From Candidatus Electronema halotolerans (lineage in GTDB: Bacteria > Desulfobacterota > Desulfobulbia > Desulfobulbales > Desulfobulbaceae): a DNA stretch of 32,000 nt. Both the position numbers and the translations under genes were made by a program. Below the pieces are notes generated by a model that made no database searches, had not been told where the DNA came from, and was given only the letters and a program-made list of their open reading frames with translations. Positions 21,593-31,029 of the stretch are shown piece by piece (the first letter of the stretch is position 1; every line of letters begins with the position of its first letter). Location of the stretch: positions 2,820,001 to 2,852,000 of the forward strand of contig OW818675.1 of NCBI GenBank assembly GCA_942493095.1. Reading direction: 5' to 3'.

Positions 21593-22740
21593 AAGAGAAT
21601 GTCAGCGAGCTGTACCGTCGGGCCGCCGCAGTGGTGGATTTGGCCTGCATCCAGGACAATCTGGCTGTGGTGCGGGAAAAGGTGCCAGGCCGCAAGATCA
21701 TCGCCATGATCAAGGCCAATGCTTACGGGCACGGCCTGCGGCAGGTGGGAGCGCATCTGGCTGCGGCAGGGGTTGACTATCTTGGTGCCGCCTATATTGA
21801 AGAGGCTTTGGAGCTGCGTCGGGCCGGGATCACCATTCCGATCATCACCTCCGGCCCATTCTCTAAATTTCAGATTGGCCTGTTCATTGAAAATCAGATT
21901 GATTTCACGGTTGCTTCTGTTGACGCGCTTCAGCTCATCAGCGAATCTGCTGCCTTTTACAAAAAGCGGGTCAATGTCCATCTGAAAGTTGACACTGGCA
22001 TGATGCGGATCGGCATCCGTCATTCCAACGCGCAGCAGCTTTTTGAGGCGGCCTTGCGGGCGGAAAAGCAGGTCAACGTCGTTTCCCTGCTCTCCCATTT
22101 TGCTGGTGCTGACAGTGAAGACCTCAGCTTTGCCCGCCTTCAGCTTGAACGCTTTCTGGAGGCCGCCCATTTTTACGACCAGCGCAGTCTTCCCAACCCC
22201 CTGCTTCATATTGCCAATTCAGCCGCCATCCTGCGAATGCCAGAAAGCCTGCTCGACATGGTCAGGCCAGGCATCATGCTCTACGGGTATCATCCCTCCA
22301 AGCATTCCGAAGCTGAAGCGCAGCTGCGGCCTGCCCTGTCCTTCCGGGCCAAAGTTATGTATTTCAAGGTGATTTTCAAAGGCAGTTCAGTCAGTTACGG
22401 CGGAACATGGACTGCGCCGGAAAACTGCCGGGCTGTCACCCTGCCAATCGGCTATGGCGACGGTTATCCACGCGGCCTGTCCAACAAGGGGCAGGTGCTG
22501 CTGCACGGCAGGCGGTATCCAGTGGCCGGCACGGTCTGCATGGATCAAACAATCGTCAATATTGGCAATGGCGAGGCGCACAACGGGGACGAGGCAGTGC
22601 TGATCGGCAGGCAGGGCGATGAAGTCATCACAGCGGACGACATTGCCGCCCAGCTCGGCACGATCAGCTACGAGGTGCTGACCGGCATCAGCCAGCGAGT
22701 GCCGAGGATTTATCTCAACAGCACAGCCGGGTCAGACTAA
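21589..22740 (+). CDS. alr: Alanine racemase
   Basis: The PLP-lysine motif AMIKANAYGHG, plus HLKVDTGMMRIG, the SHFA segment and a C-terminal YEVLTGISQRVPRIY. The start is placed at MKENVSELY (ATG 21589), because the track's 56-codon extension overlaps the preceding gene. Confidence 0.9.
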   Translation: MKENVSELYRRAAAVVDLACIQDNLAVVREKVPGRKIIAMIKANAYGHGLRQVGAHLAAAGVDYLGAAYIEEALELRRAGITIPIITSGPFSKFQIGLFIENQIDFTVASVDALQLISESAAFYKKRVNVHLKVDTGMMRIGIRHSNAQQLFEAALRAEKQVNVVSLLSHFAGADSEDLSFARLQLERFLEAAHFYDQRSLPNPLLHIANSAAILRMPESLLDMVRPGIMLYGYHPSKHSEAEAQLRPALSFRAKVMYFKVIFKGSSVSYGGTWTAPENCRAVTLPIGYGDGYPRGLSNKGQVLLHGRRYPVAGTVCMDQTIVNIGNGEAHNGDEAVLIGRQGDEVITADDIAAQLGTISYEVLTGISQRVPRIYLNSTAGSD

Positions 22741-23853
22741 TTCAGCCATCACGGTATTGGCAAGCAGCAGGCCCGCTGTGGTCAGGCGCAGGTATTCCTG
22801 AACAATTTCAATCATTCTTAGCTTGATGAGCCGCATCAGCGTTTCGCCGTAATAGCTTGCAGCATCAATGCCGAAACGGCGGTGCAGTTCCAGCAGCGAC
22901 ACACCTGCGGTCATCCGCAGGCATAAGACCACTGTTTCCCGGAAGGCCGCTTCTTGATCTAATGTTTCCCTGTCCTGCCAGACATCCTCTCCTGTTTCCA
23001 TCCGGCGGCAGAATTCATCCACATCAGCAACTGCGGTGCAGCGGGTGCCAGCAATAGAGGATACCGCGCTTGGCCCTAAGCCTATCCAGTCGCCATTTCG
23101 CCAGTAGTTGATATTATGGCGGCATTCATAGCCGGGCTGGGCATAGTTGGAAATCTCATAGCGGCGGAAACCTGCTTGGCTGACCATCTGCCCGGTTGCC
23201 TCCAGCATCCGCAGCACAGTGTCCTCATCCGGCAGCGGCAGTTCGTCGCGTTCCTGCTGGCGGGCAAAAGGAGTGCCTGCCTCAATCGTCAGCTCGTAGA
23301 TGGACAGATGCTGGGGCGCGAGCCGCAGGGCTTGCGCAAGCGTGGCCTGCCATGTTCGCAGGGTCTGGCCCGGAAGAGCATACATCAAGTCCAAACCAAT
23401 ATTTGTAAATCCTGCCTTGCGGGCCAAGCAGACAGTCTGCACTGCATCTGCGGCACTGTGCGGACGGCCCAAACGTTGCAGCTCCGTATTCTGAAACGAC
23501 TGCACACCAATGGACAGGCGGTTCCAGCCCGCCAGCCGCAGGGTTTGCAGAGCGGACAGATCAACAGTGGCCGGATTGACTTCAATTGAAATTTCCGCCT
23601 CTTCGATGCAACGGAACTGCTGACGGCACTCAGTCAGCAGATGGCGCAGAGTCTCCGGCGGCAGCATGGTCGGGGTGCCGCCGCCGAAAAAAATGCTGGT
23701 CAGCGACCGGGCGGCTGAAATTTGCTGAAGTTGCCTGCTGACAGCGGCAAGATATGGGCGGCAATCCCGGCGACTTGGCAGCGAGTAAAAGCTGCAATAA
23801 GCGCATTTTTTCAGGCAGAAGGGCACATGGAGATAAAGGCCGAGGTCACTCAT
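22732..23853 (-). CDS. hemW: Radical SAM heme chaperone HemW (HemN-like, oxygen-independent coproporphyrinogen oxidase family)
   Basis: LYLHVPFCLKKCAYCSF (CxxxCxxC), FFGGGTP, RLSIGVQSF and a C-terminal HemN_C-like region. 373 aa. Confidence 0.85.
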   Translation of the reverse strand: MSDLGLYLHVPFCLKKCAYCSFYSLPSRRDCRPYLAAVSRQLQQISAARSLTSIFFGGGTPTMLPPETLRHLLTECRQQFRCIEEAEISIEVNPATVDLSALQTLRLAGWNRLSIGVQSFQNTELQRLGRPHSAADAVQTVCLARKAGFTNIGLDLMYALPGQTLRTWQATLAQALRLAPQHLSIYELTIEAGTPFARQQERDELPLPDEDTVLRMLEATGQMVSQAGFRRYEISNYAQPGYECRHNINYWRNGDWIGLGPSAVSSIAGTRCTAVADVDEFCRRMETGEDVWQDRETLDQEAAFRETVVLCLRMTAGVSLLELHRRFGIDAASYYGETLMRLIKLRMIEIVQEYLRLTTAGLLLANTVMAELV

Positions 23854-23980
23854 CTCTCAGGCAGCCGCCGTGCTGACCCTGCCGATTTTTAAAATAATTT
23901 TCTGGCAAGCGCGCCACGCTTCTTTTATAATAGAAGAAGTAAAAATAATTGCACAATTCAACCAAGGGAGAACTACGGTC

Positions 23981-24325
23981 ATGGTACGTAATATAGTGAT
24001 TACTCTGGTGTTAGTTTTAATCTGTGTCCCGTCGTGGCAGATCGGCTCGATCATGATTCAAAAAAAGCAGGTCCAACATCTGCTGGAGGAGCAGGCCAAC
24101 AGCATCAAAAGGCAGTCTTTCAATGCGGATATGGTGAAGAAAAACCTCAAAGCGCAGCTAGAGATCATGGAACTGCCCAGCAACTTCACCCTTGAGAGCT
24201 TGGCACGCTGGGAGATTAAAATCAAATATGAGTACAACGCTGCGGCCAGCGTGTTCGGCCATACTTACTATGAAGTGAGCGAGACGCTGGAGGCATCGAC
24301 AGAAGACGGCAAGTTCAATCGGTAA
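23981..24325 (+). CDS. Hypothetical 114-aa membrane-anchored protein
   Basis: ATG at 23981 follows AAGGGAG. It has an N-terminal TM helix (IVITLVLVLICVPSWQIGSIM), and the gene looks more AT-rich than its neighbours. The first 37 codons of the track ORF look non-coding. Confidence 0.5.
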   Translation: MVRNIVITLVLVLICVPSWQIGSIMIQKKQVQHLLEEQANSIKRQSFNADMVKKNLKAQLEIMELPSNFTLESLARWEIKIKYEYNAAASVFGHTYYEVSETLEASTEDGKFNR

Positions 24326-24330
24326 AGAGA

Positions 24331-24365
24331 TGAAGATGACGGCGGCATGTCCGCCGTCATCTTCA
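24331..24365. terminator. Perfect 15-bp-stem hairpin between convergent genes (probable bidirectional terminator)
   Basis: TGAAGATGACGGCGG, loop CATGT, then CCGCCGTCATCTTCA. It lies 6 nt after the stop at 24325 and 28 nt from the rlmE stop. No strong U-tract is present. Confidence 0.55.
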
Positions 24366-24392
24366 GATGCTCTCAACGGGCATTTCAGATTA

Positions 24393-24998
24393 TCAGCCTG
24401 CTTTTCTTATGAATCCGCTTCCCAAGACAAAAACCTCCCGGCTCTCGTTGCGGGAACTTTGCGGCTTGATCACCTTGACATTCGCAAAGAGCGGTTTGCA
24501 TTCCTGAAGAAAGGCAGGAAAATCCTCGCCCTGAAAAACCTTGCAGTACAAGCTGCCGTTTTGGTGCAGGAGCAGCCCGGCCAGCTCCACAGCCCGGCGC
24601 ACCAAGCGCAGCGACTGCTGATGGTCGGCAAAGCGGCTGCCAGTAGTTGCCGGGGCCATGTCGCTGATCAAAACATGAAAGCCGGGCCAGTGTCTGCGCA
24701 GTTCGGCAAGCAATTCATCCGAATAAACATCATAACAGAGCCAGTGTAGCTCGGCCTGATCTTTTGGGGCTGGAATGTCTGTGGGCTGAATATCCACGCC
24801 AACGACAATCCCGCCGCTGCCAATGATCTTGGCCGTGTACAGACTCCAGCTACCTGGATGGCAGCCCAAATCAAGCACCCGCTGCCTGCGCTTGAGAAAT
24901 TTATACTTTTTCTGCGCCTCCTCCAATTTATAAACCGAACGGGCCGGGTAGTTTTCCTTCTTTGCCTTGTGAAAATAAAAATCCTGCTCTTTGCGCAT
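24393..24998 (-). CDS. rlmE: 23S rRNA U2552 2'-O-ribose methyltransferase RlmE (FtsJ)
   Basis: YKLEEAQKKYKFLK, VLDLGCHPGSWS and VLISDMAP form the typical FtsJ SAM-binding core. 201 aa. Confidence 0.88.
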   Translation of the reverse strand: MRKEQDFYFHKAKKENYPARSVYKLEEAQKKYKFLKRRQRVLDLGCHPGSWSLYTAKIIGSGGIVVGVDIQPTDIPAPKDQAELHWLCYDVYSDELLAELRRHWPGFHVLISDMAPATTGSRFADHQQSLRLVRRAVELAGLLLHQNGSLYCKVFQGEDFPAFLQECKPLFANVKVIKPQSSRNESREVFVLGSGFIRKAG

Positions 24999-25047
24999 GA
25001 GAAAGCTTCAGAAAATTAGTTGATTGCGGCGAGCTTCCCGCTCCTGT

Positions 25048-25989
25048 TCACAGCCCGGTTTTGCTCAGTTCGCTGATCAGCCGCTCCTGCTCCTCAGTGA
25101 GCTGCTTGGGCATTTGAGCAATTATTTTCACATACAAATCACCACGTTCGCCAATTGGCCCGGACGGCAGGCCCTGTCCCTTTATGCGCAGCTTGGCATC
25201 CGGCTGCATACCCGCAGGCACTTTTATTTTCAGACTTTTGCCGTCAATGGTGCGGATTTCCACTACGGTTCCCAGACATATCTGGCTGAAAAGAAGCTGC
25301 TTTTCCAGCAGCAAATTGTCGCCGTCGCGGGTGAACTGCGCATCTGGCTGCACTGTCACCTTGAGATAAAGATCACCGGGCGGGCCGCCGTTCGGTGAAG
25401 GGGCACCCTTGCCGCCCAAGCGCAGCCGCTTGCCAGACTCAATGCCCTTGGGCACCTTAACCGAGACATTCTCGGTGCTTCCGTTCCGGCGCAGGCTGAT
25501 GTTCTTCTCCGCCCCGTGCAGCACCTCATCTAAGCTGACAGACAGCTCATACGTCTGATCCTGCCCTTTTTCCGGCTGACGGCGGGTCCGGCAGCCTCCC
25601 CCTCCGCAACCGCCGTCTCCGGCCTGACTGAAAAAATCAAAAGGATTGCCGCCTCCGCCGCTGCTGAAGCGGAAGCTGCTGCGCCCGCCGCCTCCGCCCA
25701 TGTTGAAGCCGAACTGCTTGAAAATATCGTTGAGATCAAAATTGCGGAAGATGTCTTCCTGCGAATAGCGCTGCTGGAAGCCAGCCGCGCCGTACATGTC
25801 GTATTCCTTGCGCTTCTTCTCATCCGACAGCACGGCGTAGGCTTCGTTGATCTCCTTGAATTTGGCCTCAGCCTCCTTGCTGCCCGGATTTTTGTCCGGG
25901 TGATATTTCAAGGCCAGCTTGCGGTAGGCTTTTTTGATTTCATCCGCGCTGGCGGTTTTGGCAACGCCAAGTATTTTATAGTATTCCAT
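25048..25989 (-). CDS. cbpA: J-domain co-chaperone, CbpA-like (DnaJ family without a zinc-finger domain)
   Basis: J domain YYKILGV...[16 protein letters not shown], a Gly/Phe-rich linker and two C-terminal beta-sandwich domains. No CxxCxGxG repeats are present. Confidence 0.8.
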   Translation of the reverse strand: MEYYKILGVAKTASADEIKKAYRKLALKYHPDKNPGSKEAEAKFKEINEAYAVLSDEKKRKEYDMYGAAGFQQRYSQEDIFRNFDLNDIFKQFGFNMGGGGGRSSFRFSSGGGGNPFDFFSQAGDGGCGGGGCRTRRQPEKGQDQTYELSVSLDEVLHGAEKNISLRRNGSTENVSVKVPKGIESGKRLRLGGKGAPSPNGGPPGDLYLKVTVQPDAQFTRDGDNLLLEKQLLFSQICLGTVVEIRTIDGKSLKIKVPAGMQPDAKLRIKGQGLPSGPIGERGDLYVKIIAQMPKQLTEEQERLISELSKTGL

Positions 25990-26100
25990 CTTCGTCTCTT
26001 CTTGGTCTGTCTCGTTCTCTGCGGATCACTTCAGTAAGGAATACTATAAGAACGATGCGCGTTTTGTCCATCATGGCCCTGCTGTTTTCATGCTAAACAA

Positions 26101-26127
26101 CGGCGGCAGAAGGCAGCCTGCCCGCCG
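26101..26127 (-). terminator. Possible ssb terminator hairpin
   Basis: CGGCGGCAG (26101-26109) pairs with CTGCCCGCCG (26118-26127) with one bulged C, just downstream of the ssb stop. The U-tract is weak. Confidence 0.3.
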
Positions 26128-26144
26128 CTGTTCCGCCATGCGGC

Positions 26145-26588
26145 TCAGAAAGGCACATCGCTGCCCGTGCCGCCGCCTCCGGCAGCATAGTCATAGCCGC
26201 CGCCAGCCGGAGGCCCGCCCGCCGCCGGTCCGGGATCATCACCGTAATAACCGCCGCTGCCGCCTTTCGGAGTCAGCATCTTCATATCTCTGGCAACGAT
26301 TTCAGTTGTCCAGTGGTCATGACCTTCCTTGTCCTGCCATTTGCGGGTCTGAAGTCTGCCTTCAATATACACCTTAGAACCTTTATGCAGGTATTCACTG
26401 CATTTTTCTGCAAGTTTGTCCCATGCGACAATTTTATGCCATTCTGGCTGCTCCTGCATCTGACCGTCCTGACCTTTACGCCACTCTGAGGTAGCGATGT
26501 TGAACGTCGTCACAGGAATGCCGTTCTGAGTATGGCGCATTTCCGGGTCAGCTCCGAGATTGCCGATTAAAATCACTTTGTTGATCAT
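26145..26588 (-). CDS. ssb: Single-stranded DNA-binding protein
   Basis: OB fold NKVILIGNLGADPEMR...WHKIVAW...YIEGRLQTRKW, a Gly/Pro-rich linker and an acidic tip ending DVPF. Confidence 0.92.
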   Translation of the reverse strand: MINKVILIGNLGADPEMRHTQNGIPVTTFNIATSEWRKGQDGQMQEQPEWHKIVAWDKLAEKCSEYLHKGSKVYIEGRLQTRKWQDKEGHDHWTTEIVARDMKMLTPKGGSGGYYGDDPGPAAGGPPAGGGYDYAAGGGGTGSDVPF

Positions 26589-26705
26589 GTTGCACCTGTT
26601 GGTCGATTGGTCGTTTGCTGTTTATGTTGCCTGTGCCGCACATAATAATCATGAATGCGGAAAAAAGCAGCAGGCAATTTACCCAGCCCGCAGACGCAGC
26701 ACTGC

Positions 26706-26734
26706 TTGCGCCGGGCCGTCCAGCCCGGTATAAT
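26706..26734 (+). promoter_or_regulatory. Candidate sigma-70 promoter upstream of the L,D-transpeptidase gene
   Basis: TTGCGC (26706-26711), a 17-nt spacer, then TATAAT (26729-26734). Confidence 0.45.
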
Positions 26735-26751
26735 TAATTGTATCGCAGCTT

Positions 26752-28515
26752 ATGAATTTTTTTCCGTCTGTCCTGTCGGCAGATGCCGCCAATTTCTTCC
26801 CGGCTGCCGCCGGCAGATATATGTTTTTGTTTCATTCTGTCCTGCTCAAAAAAGCTGCGCACCTGCTTCTCTGTCTTGTCAGCAGCCTGATGATCAATCC
26901 GCTTGGCCAGCTTCAGCCTGCCGGCCATTTCCAAGCTCCGCCGTCACTTGACAAGGATTTGTTCTGGCTCCTGAAAAATCAGCCTGCCGTCCGTTTCAGC
27001 GTCAGCAGCCCCAAGCACAGCGAGGCGCAGGATGCGCTGCTCAACGATCTCTATGCCTATAACGGGGTCCAGCCCTACTGGGTGACAGAATATGGGCCAA
27101 AGGAGAAAGCAAGCGTTCTGATCGCCTTTTTGACCCATGCGGATGAGGACGGTCTTGATCCGTCCCGCTACCATCTGCATGAACTGGCCGCCCTGCTCCA
27201 TGTCAGAGACGTGGAGGGGCTTGCCCGCCTTGACATCATGCTCACTCTTGTCCTGAGTGCCTATCTCAAAGACATGCACCTCGGCCAGGCTGCCCCCTTT
27301 CCTCTGAGCAGTGCCGGGAAGGGCAAGGACAAAGATATTGCCCAGCTCACCCTGCAAGGTTTGAACAGCCCTGACATGGCCATTTTTTTGGCGGAGCAGG
27401 CTCCCCAGCATCAGGAATATCAGGCGCTGAAAGCGCTGCTGGCCAAATATCGGCGGCTGGACTTTGCCGGCGGCTGGCCCAAGATTCCCAGCGGCCCGAC
27501 GATCAGACCGGGTGATGCGGATCAGCGGGTTGATCTGCTGGCCAAGCGGCTCTATCTCAGCGGCGACCTGTCTGCGCTGCCGCTGGCCTCAGCAGAAGGC
27601 AGGCGGCGCGGCATCTATGACAAACAGTTAGTCAAAGCGGTCAAGCACTTTCAACGCCGCTGCGGCTTGGAGCCGGACGGCGCGGTCGGCACGAAAACGC
27701 AGGCCCTTCTCAACAGGTCTGTGGAGGAGGAGATCAGGACAATCCGGCTCAATCTGGATCGCTGGCGCGGCCTGCCGCATCAGTTCAGCAGCCATCACCT
27801 GCTCGTCAATATTGCCGGGTTTGATCTGACCATGCTCAACAACGGCCAGCCTGAACTGACCATGCCGGTGATTGTCGGGAAAGAGGATCACAAAACCCCG
27901 GTCTTCAGCCATGCCATGAGTTATATTGAAATCAACCCGTACTGGAACATTCCGCCGTCCATAGCCCAGAAAGAGATTGTCAAGAAAATGCAGCAGGATT
28001 CAAGCTATCTCAGAAAACAGCGAATCCGCATCTTCGCAGGCTGGAACGGGAATGCGCCGGAAATTTCCGCGTCAGCCATCAACTGGCACCGCATTGGCGC
28101 GAGAATCCGCAAGTACCGGCTTCGGCAGGAACCGGGCAAGGGCAATGCCTTGGGCACGGTCAAGTTCATGTTTCCCAACCGGAAAAACATTTATCTCCAT
28201 GACACGCCCGGACACAGCCTGTTTCAGCGCGCCCGCCGGGCCTTCAGTCACGGCTGCGTCCGGGTCAGCCATCCGCTTGATCTGGCCTGGCAGATTTTGA
28301 ACAACGACGGCCAGACCATCTCCAAGGAAAAGCTGCAAAAACAGATCGCCACCGGGCGGCAGGCCGTCTTTGTGCTCAGACAGCCGCTGCCTGTGCATAT
28401 CGTTTATCTGACTGTCCGGGTTTCCGAGGACGGCATGGCGCATTTTTATGAGGATATTTATGGCCGGGACGCGCTGCTGGCCAAGGCGCTGTTTCACGAT
28501 CAGGAACGCAAATAG
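26752..28515 (+). CDS. L,D-transpeptidase, YcbB/LdtD-like (peptidoglycan-binding domain plus YkuD domain)
   Basis: PG_binding_1-like LVKAVKHFQRRCGLEPDGAVGTKT and the YkuD catalytic region IYLHDTPGHSLFQRARRAFSHGCVRV. The start is uncertain: ATG 26752 is only ~18 nt from the candidate -10, so ATG 26821 (MFLFHSVLLKKAAHLLLCLVSS, signal-like) is a plausible alternative. Confidence 0.8.
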   Translation: MNFFPSVLSADAANFFPAAAGRYMFLFHSVLLKKAAHLLLCLVSSLMINPLGQLQPAGHFQAPPSLDKDLFWLLKNQPAVRFSVSSPKHSEAQDALLNDLYAYNGVQPYWVTEYGPKEKASVLIAFLTHADEDGLDPSRYHLHELAALLHVRDVEGLARLDIMLTLVLSAYLKDMHLGQAAPFPLSSAGKGKDKDIAQLTLQGLNSPDMAIFLAEQAPQHQEYQALKALLAKYRRLDFAGGWPKIPSGPTIRPGDADQRVDLLAKRLYLSGDLSALPLASAEGRRRGIYDKQLVKAVKHFQRRCGLEPDGAVGTKTQALLNRSVEEEIRTIRLNLDRWRGLPHQFSSHHLLVNIAGFDLTMLNNGQPELTMPVIVGKEDHKTPVFSHAMSYIEINPYWNIPPSIAQKEIVKKMQQDSSYLRKQRIRIFAGWNGNAPEISASAINWHRIGARIRKYRLRQEPGKGNALGTVKFMFPNRKNIYLHDTPGHSLFQRARRAFSHGCVRVSHPLDLAWQILNNDGQTISKEKLQKQIATGRQAVFVLRQPLPVHIVYLTVRVSEDGMAHFYEDIYGRDALLAKALFHDQERK

Positions 28516-28608
28516 CCGGACCAGCCTCTGACTGCCCTTGCAGCTTGAATTCACCGGCCCTTCCCCCTGTCTCCGCGTCATTTTCCTTTTTTTCAGCCTT
28601 GTTTCACC

Positions 28609-28637
28609 TTGACAGTGTTTTTCCGGGCTTATATAGT
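28609..28637 (+). promoter_or_regulatory. Near-consensus sigma-70 promoter of ilvBN
   Basis: TTGACA (28609-28614), a 17-nt spacer, then TATAGT (28632-28637), about 80 nt upstream of the ilvB ATG. Confidence 0.6.
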
Positions 28638-28717
28638 CTTATCTCTGCCTTTCAATTATGAACATAAGACTCTGCGCCCAGGCACAGGGCATCCATAACC
28701 ACGTTAAGGAACATCCG

Positions 28718-30421
28718 ATGAGCAAAATCACAGGCGCGCAGGCCATTGTCAAGTGTCTGCAGGAGGAAGGGGTTGACACCATTTTCGGCTTTCCAGGCGG
28801 CGTGATCCTTGATCTGTACGACGAGCTGATGGATTCTGATATCAAGAATCTGCTGGTTCGTCATGAGCAGGGGGCAGTCCATGCCGCAGACGGCTATGCG
28901 CGGGCCAGCGGCAAGGTCGGTGTGGCTCTGCTCACTTCCGGCCCTGGCGCGACCAACGGCGTGACCGGCATTGCCACCGCCTACATGGATTCAATCCCGA
29001 TTGTGGTGCTGACCGGCCAAGTGCCCCGCGCTCTGATCGGCAACGATGCCTTCCAAGAGGTTGACATCGTTGGCATCACCCGGCCATGCACCAAGCACAA
29101 CTATTTGGTCAGCAATCCGGACGAACTGGTTTCGATCCTGCGCGAGGCTTTTTATTTGGCCGCCTCTGGCCGACCCGGCCCGGTTCTTGTTGATCTGCCC
29201 AAAGACGTGATGGCCAGCAAGATCGCCTACCCGGAAAAGCAGGAAATCAAGATGAAGACCTATCAGCCGACTATGGAGCCGCATCCGGGTCAGGTTGCCA
29301 AAGCCTGCAAGGCCATCATGAAGGCCAAGCAGCCTGTGCTCTATGTGGGCGGCGGGGTCATTCTCTCTAACGCGAGCAAGGAGCTGACTGAGCTGGCTGA
29401 AAAGACGCAGATTCCAGTCACAATGACCCTGATGGGTCTGGGCGGCTTCCCTGGCACCAATCCGCTTTCCATGGGCATGCTGGGCATGCACGGCACTTAT
29501 GCCGCCAACATGATGGTGGCCAAGAGCGACCTGCTGATTGCGGTCGGTGCCCGCTTTGACGACCGGATCACTGGACGGTTGGACACCTTTGCCCCGGACG
29601 CGGAGATCATCCACATTGACATTGACCCGACTTCGATTTCTAAAAATGTCAAGGTTGATATTCCCCTTGTTGCGGACTGCAAACGGGCGCTGACCGCCAT
29701 GAACGCTTGGTTTGACAGCGCGGCAGATTTCAGCCAGGCCGCTTTTGCCGAAAAGCATCAAAGCTGGAACGAGCAGGTCAAGGATTGGAATTCAACGCAT
29801 CCGCTCTCCTATACCGACGAGGGCGACATCATCAAGCCGCAGTATGTGATCGAGGTCATCAACCGGCTCACCGGCGGCGACGCGATTATTACCACTGAAG
29901 TCGGCCAAAACCAAATGTGGACAGCTCAGTTCTATAAATTCAATAATCCGCGCCAATTCCTCACCTCCGGGGGCCTTGGCACAATGGGCTATGGTCTGCC
30001 TGCGGCCATTGGCGCGAAAATCGCCTTCCCGGACAAGACCGTCATCGACATTGCCGGTGACGGCTCCATCCAGATGAACATTCAGGAGCTTGCCACAGCC
30101 AAGCAGTACGGCGCGGCAGTCAAGGTGGCGATTCTCAACAACAACTATCTGGGCATGGTCCGCCAGTGGCAGGAGCTGTTCTACAACAAACGCTATTCCG
30201 GCACCCCGATGGAAGTCACGCCGGACTTTGTTGAGCTGGCCAAAGCGTATGGGGCAGTCGGTCTGCGGGCCAAAACCAAGAGCGAGGTTGAGCCGGTGAT
30301 CAAAGAGGCTATGGCCATCAAAGATCAGGTGGTGATCATGGACTTTGCCATCAAGCGCGAAGAGTGTGTTTTCCCGATGATCCCGGCTGGACGGTCAACC
30401 ACCGAGATGCTGCTGGCCTAA
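28718..30421 (+). CDS. ilvB: Acetolactate synthase (acetohydroxyacid synthase) large subunit
   Basis: MSKITGAQAIVKCLQEEGVDTIFGFPGG, the ThDP motif GLGTMGYGLPAAIGAK...DGSIQMNIQELAT...NNNYLGMVRQWQ. ATG at 28718 follows AAGGAAC. The 20-codon extension in the track lacks an RBS. Confidence 0.92.
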   Translation: MSKITGAQAIVKCLQEEGVDTIFGFPGGVILDLYDELMDSDIKNLLVRHEQGAVHAADGYARASGKVGVALLTSGPGATNGVTGIATAYMDSIPIVVLTGQVPRALIGNDAFQEVDIVGITRPCTKHNYLVSNPDELVSILREAFYLAASGRPGPVLVDLPKDVMASKIAYPEKQEIKMKTYQPTMEPHPGQVAKACKAIMKAKQPVLYVGGGVILSNASKELTELAEKTQIPVTMTLMGLGGFPGTNPLSMGMLGMHGTYAANMMVAKSDLLIAVGARFDDRITGRLDTFAPDAEIIHIDIDPTSISKNVKVDIPLVADCKRALTAMNAWFDSAADFSQAAFAEKHQSWNEQVKDWNSTHPLSYTDEGDIIKPQYVIEVINRLTGGDAIITTEVGQNQMWTAQFYKFNNPRQFLTSGGLGTMGYGLPAAIGAKIAFPDKTVIDIAGDGSIQMNIQELATAKQYGAAVKVAILNNNYLGMVRQWQELFYNKRYSGTPMEVTPDFVELAKAYGAVGLRAKTKSEVEPVIKEAMAIKDQVVIMDFAIKREECVFPMIPAGRSTTEMLLA

Positions 30422-30458
30422 CCCATTTTTCTCAGGAACTCCTGCAAGGATTGACGCA

Positions 30459-30944
30459 ATGATGAAACATACTCTTTCTGTTCTTCTTCGCAACAAGCCC
30501 GGCGCGCTGTCGCGGGTGACTGGCCTGTTCAGCGGGCGCGGCTTCAACATCGAGAGCCTCTGCGTGGCCGTGACCCTTGACCCGCAGGTGTCAAGCCTGA
30601 CTTTAGTGACACGGGGCAGCGACGCGATCATCGAGCAGATCATCAAGCAGCTCCACAAATTGATTGATGTCATCAAGGTGACGGATATCAGCGAGGGCGA
30701 ATATGTGGAGCGCGAAATGGTGCTGATCCGGGTCAAGGCCGAGGCTGGCACCAGAGCCGAGGTGCTGCGGGTGATTGACATCTTCCGGGGCAAGGTGGTG
30801 GATGTCAGCCCGACTTCCTATGCAGTGGAAGTCACTGGCTCAGAGTCCAAGATCAGGGCGGTGATCGACATTCTCCGGCCCATTGGCATCAAAGAGGTGG
30901 TCCGCACCGGCACCATTGCCATGGCCCGCGCTCCGAAAAAGTAG
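30459..30944 (+). CDS. ilvN: Acetolactate synthase small (regulatory) subunit
   Basis: ACT domain HTLSVLLRNKPGALSRVTGLFSGRGFNIESL plus a C-terminal ALS_ss_C-like domain, directly after ilvB. Confidence 0.9.
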   Translation: MMKHTLSVLLRNKPGALSRVTGLFSGRGFNIESLCVAVTLDPQVSSLTLVTRGSDAIIEQIIKQLHKLIDVIKVTDISEGEYVEREMVLIRVKAEAGTRAEVLRVIDIFRGKVVDVSPTSYAVEVTGSESKIRAVIDILRPIGIKEVVRTGTIAMARAPKK

Positions 30945-30976
30945 CTGGGCAAACTATGCTCACAGCCCTTTCACAG

Positions 30977-31014
30977 GAGGCATGACAGGCGGTCATGCCT
31001 CTTTTTTTCTTTTT
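30977..31014 (+). terminator. Rho-independent terminator of ilvBN
   Basis: GAGGCATGAC, loop AGGCG, GTCATGCCTC (10-bp perfect stem) followed by TTTTTTTCTTTTT. Confidence 0.85.
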
Positions 31015-31029
31015 ATCAAAGCATGTTGA

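Noticed and set aside
21511-22209. 232-aa minus-strand ORF
   Set aside because: It is antisense to alr. It is a shadow ORF.
28658-28717. Possible leader peptide or attenuator upstream of ilvB (in-frame MNIRLCAQAQGIHNHVKEHP)
   Set aside because: The stretch is in frame with ilvB and is not a separate ORF. It is not enriched in Ile/Leu/Val codons, and I saw no alternative terminator/antiterminator hairpins. It is more likely a plain 5' UTR.
28991-29761. 256-aa minus-strand ORF
   Set aside because: It is antisense to ilvB. It is a shadow ORF.
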